A stretch of 38,804 bases of DNA from assembly GCA_002696885.1 (NCBI GenBank), contig NZSO01000026.1, positions 1 to 38,804 on the forward strand, given 5' to 3'. Positions within the stretch are counted from its first letter, which is position 1; every line of letters starts with the position of its first letter. The translations under genes and the position numbers were made by a program. Below are positions 35,687 through 38,804 of the stretch, piece after piece. Source of the stretch: Verrucomicrobiales bacterium (lineage in GTDB: Bacteria; Verrucomicrobiota; Verrucomicrobiia; Verrucomicrobiales; DEV007). The notes under the pieces are model-generated. The model was given only the letters and a program-made list of their open reading frames with translations, did no database searches and had not been told where the DNA came from.

Positions 35687-36970
35687 TTAGATTCCATTAA
35701 TGTTCTCTAAAACTTTAATTTTTTCTGTCTCAGCTTTTGATTGTGCTTCAACGTTTTGAGCGATAGCGACATTATTGGGCGTTGCATTTTTTATCTGAGA
35801 ATATGAAGCTCGTATTGGGGTTGCATGATTTTCTGACCACAATGTTTGACGCTGTTGAGCTGATATTTTATCTGTTATATTAAGGTTGTTATTTATTTTT
35901 TGGGTCTGGTTGTTTGTATCTTGCAGTTCAACTTTTTGGTTTAACGCCTTGGCGCTTTGCGGCTTTATTTTTTTATCACTCTCGTGTAGCTCTCTGAGAT
36001 CTTCTTGAGCGAGAACAATTTGTTGGTTGAGAATGGTTAACTGCTGACCAAGGTTAGATATTTCGGCCCCAGAAGATGCTCTGGCAAGCTTGTCCCTTAA
36101 TTTTGCAACTTTTTGGTTTAGCTCTTTAATAAATATTTGTAATTTTGAATTATATTCAATGTTTTGATTGCTTTCTTTTTTTAAGTCTTTTTGCTGAGAT
36201 TTGCTCATGATACGTGGAGGTAAGGGTTGTTGACCCATGGCTCGAATTCTTGATTTTAAATCTTTTTCTTGCTGCTCCAGAGCTGATACTTGGTTGCCCA
36301 GTTTTTTGATTTTCTCTCCATCTGATTCTGTTAAAATCTGCTCTCTTAGAAGGTATATTTGGTTAAATATGCTTTGCAGTTGTTCATTGAGAATATTGAT
36401 ATACATAGGGTCTTTTTGTTTCTGGTCTCTATCAAGCTCTTGTGCTTTGGCTTTTGCTTTGTAATGAACAATTGTTGCGCTTGGATCATTGAGCATTTGT
36501 TGTTTTGATAAGAGCAAGCTTTCGCGTTGATCAGCAAGCTGATTTATTTGCTGAGCCACCTCGGCAGTGTTTAGTATCCCTGCTTCGCGATTTTGTATGA
36601 GCCAGTTAAGTTTTTCTTCAACATTTAAAATTTCTTTTTCGATATCTGTTAGAGCTGTTTTGTTAGCAACACTTGTTTGTTGTTGAGACTGATAATTAAC
36701 TTTTTCAGCATCATCAGTGTGCATCCAGGGCACATTTTCTTTATCTTCGGGTTCTGGCTCTAGGCCTTTATTCAAAAGCTCCTGTTCTTTTTCTTCGATT
36801 AGTTTTTGATAATATTTCACTTGGTCTAACCCTTTTTGACCAGGAATATTTTCAGCTTGATAAAGAGATTCGCGTAAATTCTTTAGCTGAATTTGCATGT
36901 CAGATTCAGAGCTGCATTGGGCGACTTGAATAAAAAAAGCAATGAAAAGAAAAGATAAGATAAGTTTCAT
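35687..36970 (-). CDS. Secreted glutamine/lysine-rich coiled-coil protein (hypothetical)
   Basis: Signal peptide MKLILSFLFIAFFIQVAQC. 427 aa with heptad-like low-complexity sequence and recurring I-x2-LG-x-Q-[VL]-x2-L-x-QQ units. Confidence 0.65.
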   Translation of the reverse strand: MKLILSFLFIAFFIQVAQCSSESDMQIQLKNLRESLYQAENIPGQKGLDQVKYYQKLIEEKEQELLNKGLEPEPEDKENVPWMHTDDAEKVNYQSQQQTSVANKTALTDIEKEILNVEEKLNWLIQNREAGILNTAEVAQQINQLADQRESLLLSKQQMLNDPSATIVHYKAKAKAQELDRDQKQKDPMYINILNEQLQSIFNQIYLLREQILTESDGEKIKKLGNQVSALEQQEKDLKSRIRAMGQQPLPPRIMSKSQQKDLKKESNQNIEYNSKLQIFIKELNQKVAKLRDKLARASSGAEISNLGQQLTILNQQIVLAQEDLRELHESDKKIKPQSAKALNQKVELQDTNNQTQKINNNLNITDKISAQQRQTLWSENHATPIRASYSQIKNATPNNVAIAQNVEAQSKAETEKIKVLENINGI

Positions 36971-37105
36971 TTTTAATTAATAGCCCCGCGGTTGCAACAA
37001 TTCCCCTAATTTCTTTTAACATTATTTTATTTTTTTGGCGAGGGAGGATTTACAGGCCAACAAATACTTTGAAACATCATTTGTGTATTTGCAATCATGA
37101 ATTGC

Positions 37106-37135
37106 TTAGACAATAAAGGCGCTAATCGTTATAAA
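37106..37135 (+). promoter_or_regulatory. Candidate sigma-70 promoter for tRNA-Arg
   Basis: TTAGAC (37106-37111), 18-nt spacer, TATAAA (37130-37135), about 11 nt before the tRNA 5' end. Pattern match only. Confidence 0.25.
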
Positions 37136-37146
37136 AAGATTGAATT

Positions 37147-37223
<77 letters not shown>

Positions 37224-37249
37224 TGCTAGTTAAATTTAGAGAAATTCTT

Positions 37250-38383
37250 ATGACACAAAAAAACATCCCGTTTATTGATTTGCAGGCCCAAAGAGAGCGC
37301 TTAGGTGCCAACCTTGAGCAAAAAATATTAGAAGTGGTTCGGGAGGGGAAATATATTAACGGTCCACAGGTTGCTGAATTAGAAGAGCAGCTCTCGGCTT
37401 TTTCAGGTTCAAAATACGTTATTGGATGTGCGAGTGGGACAGATGGACTTCTTATGCCATTGTGGGCTTGGGGAATAGGCCCTGGGGATGCTGTCTTTGT
37501 GCCAGCATTTACCTTTGTTTCTTCAGCTGAAGTTGTAGCTATGTTAGGTGCAACCCCTGTTTTTGTTGATGTTGATGCAACAACATTCAATATGGATATT
37601 GATTCTTTAAATGAGGCTATTGATTGGACAAAAACAAAATCAAATTTAAACCCCAAGGCTGTTATAGCGGTTGATTTATTTGGGCTGCCTGCGGATTTAA
37701 AAACAATTGAAACAATAGCTAAGCAGCATGAAATGAAGTTGTTGGTTGATTGTGCGCAAGGCTTTGGCTCAAAGCAAGATGGTAAGGTTGCCGTTTGCTA
37801 TGGTGATGCGGGTTCAACAAGTTTTTTCCCGGCTAAGCCGCTTGGATGTTATGGGGATGGTGGGGCTATTTTCACCGATGATCCAGAGCTTGAAAAAGTT
37901 CTGAAATCAATGAGGGCGCACGGTCAGGGTTCACATCGTTATGAACATGTTCGTTTGGGAATGAACGGCCGACTTGATACGCTTCAAGCGGCTATTCTGC
38001 TTGAAAAGCTTAAAATTTATCCCGATGAAATCAACAAAAGAAATGAAATTGCCGCGCGATATACTCAAGGTCTAAAAGACCATGTTGATACGCCAACAGT
38101 GCCAGAGGGGTATGAATCGGTTTGGGCGCAATACACGCTTAAAGTTTCTGACCGTGATGCTTTGTCACAATGTTTAAGCGAGCATGGCATACCAACCATG
38201 GTTTATTACCCCATTCCATTAAGCCATCAACCGGCTTATAAACATTATCCAATGGCCCCGAATGGTGTGCCAAATAGTGAAAAATTATCAACGCAGGTTT
38301 TGAGTTTGCCAATACACCCTTATTTGGATATTAAAACACAAAACTTCATTATCGAGAAAGTGCAAGATTTTTGTAAAGGGTAA
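37250..38383 (+). CDS. DegT/DnrJ/EryC1/StrS-family PLP-dependent sugar aminotransferase
   Basis: IPFIDLQAQ..., YINGPQV.ELE, GCASGTDGL, DCAQGFGS, and FFPAKPLGCYGDGGAIFTDD (PLP lysine). Start at ATG 37250; the track start 37223 would overlap the CCA end of tRNA-Arg. Confidence 0.85.
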   Translation: MTQKNIPFIDLQAQRERLGANLEQKILEVVREGKYINGPQVAELEEQLSAFSGSKYVIGCASGTDGLLMPLWAWGIGPGDAVFVPAFTFVSSAEVVAMLGATPVFVDVDATTFNMDIDSLNEAIDWTKTKSNLNPKAVIAVDLFGLPADLKTIETIAKQHEMKLLVDCAQGFGSKQDGKVAVCYGDAGSTSFFPAKPLGCYGDGGAIFTDDPELEKVLKSMRAHGQGSHRYEHVRLGMNGRLDTLQAAILLEKLKIYPDEINKRNEIAARYTQGLKDHVDTPTVPEGYESVWAQYTLKVSDRDALSQCLSEHGIPTMVYYPIPLSHQPAYKHYPMAPNGVPNSEKLSTQVLSLPIHPYLDIKTQNFIIEKVQDFCKG

Positions 38384-38420
38384 TTTTAGAAAATTTTCCG
38401 CTAAAATTTAACAATAACTG

Positions 38421-38449
38421 TTGACTTTTTGGCGTAAAAAAACTTTATT
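38421..38449 (+). promoter_or_regulatory. Candidate sigma-70 promoter for the tRNA-Tyr/tRNA-Gly/tuf unit
   Basis: TTGACT (38421-38426), 17-nt spacer, TTTATT (38444-38449), about 16 nt before tRNA-Tyr. Confidence 0.35.
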
Positions 38450-38465
38450 GCATGTATGGTTTTCC

Positions 38466-38551
38466 GGAGGGATGGCCGAGTGGTTAAAGGCAGCAGACTG
38501 TAAATCTGCCCGTGTATGCGTACGTAGGTTCGAATCCTACTCCCTCCACCA
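38466..38551 (+). tRNA. tRNA-Tyr (anticodon GTA), long variable arm
   Basis: Acceptor GGAGGGA/TCCCTCC, anticodon loop CT-GTA-AA, long variable arm CCGTGTATGCGTACG, T-loop GGTTCGAATCC, and encoded CCA. Confidence 0.9.
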
Positions 38552-38560
38552 CCTTTTTAT

Positions 38561-38634
38561 GCGGGTGTAGCTTAATGGTAAAGCCCTAGCCTTCCAAGCT
38601 AGTTATGAGGGTTCGATTCCCTTCACCCGCTCCA
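38561..38634 (+). tRNA. tRNA-Gly (anticodon TCC)
   Basis: Acceptor GCGGGTG/CACCCGC, anticodon stem CTAGC/GCTAG with loop CT-TCC-AA, T-loop GGTTCGATTCC, and CCA. The Tyr-Gly-tuf order is conserved in bacteria. Confidence 0.9.
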
Positions 38635-38705
38635 ACTTTAGGGGTGGTAATATGCGTAAAACCTAAGTATGATAAGCAAAATTTAAGTTTCTTGAAGGAG
38701 CACAC

Positions 38706-38804
38706 ATGAGTAAAGAGAAGTTTGATAGAAGTAAGCCGCATTGTAACATAGGGACGATTGGGCACGTTGACCATGGGAAGACAACGTTGACAGCGGCAAT
38801 TACA
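38706..38804 (+). CDS. tuf: Elongation factor Tu, first 33 codons (partial, runs off window end)
   Basis: [42 protein letters not shown] lies 5 nt upstream. Confidence 0.97.
   Translation, partial: MSKEKFDRSKPHCNIGTIGHVDHGKTTLTAAIT

Noticed and set aside
38382-38408. AATTTTAG-N11-CTAAAATT inverted repeat after the aminotransferase gene as a terminator
   Set aside because: The stem is entirely A/T apart from one G:C pair, the loop is 11 nt, and no T-run follows. That is too weak to call.

Overview
This window looks like chromosome from an AT-rich alphaproteobacterium. The supporting gene orders are rrn 3' end (23S-5S), tsaE-addB-addA, infA-maf-rng-yacG, ffs-dnaX-ybaB-recR, rpoH, RHH-lexA and tRNA-Tyr/tRNA-Gly/tuf. 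Most of it is densely packed housekeeping and DNA-repair genes: recA, comEC, addAB, recR, lexA, dnaX. I saw no transposases, integrases, CRISPR arrays or prophage genes. The standout is a translationally coupled four-gene operon at 19059-24237, inserted between the yacG block and the ffs-dnaX block. It encodes a TerY-like vWA protein, a PP2C phosphatase, a 930-aa Ser/Thr kinase and a 325-aa multi-zinc-ribbon protein I cannot place in any family. The kinase carries about 630 residues beyond the kinase core: a Cys/His knuckle, about seven W-centred 50-aa helical repeats, and a strand-rich C-terminal module. The first three genes match the TerY-P triad, a phage-defence-associated module of unknown mechanism. 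The kinase extension and the fourth gene are unexplained and are the best candidate for an undescribed system. Secondary observations: an A11 slippery run in dnaX with stops in both alternative frames; a TTG-initiated small secreted 8-cysteine protein; a secreted Q-rich coiled-coil protein upstream of an orphan receiver; a YibQ-like protein with apparently degenerate catalytic motifs; a 620-bp AT-rich spacer after 5S containing repeated TTAGAA motifs and a GC-rich structured, terminator-ended island; and a LexA regulon with no recognisable SOS boxes. All calls come from reading the sequence and ORF translations. No database searches were run.
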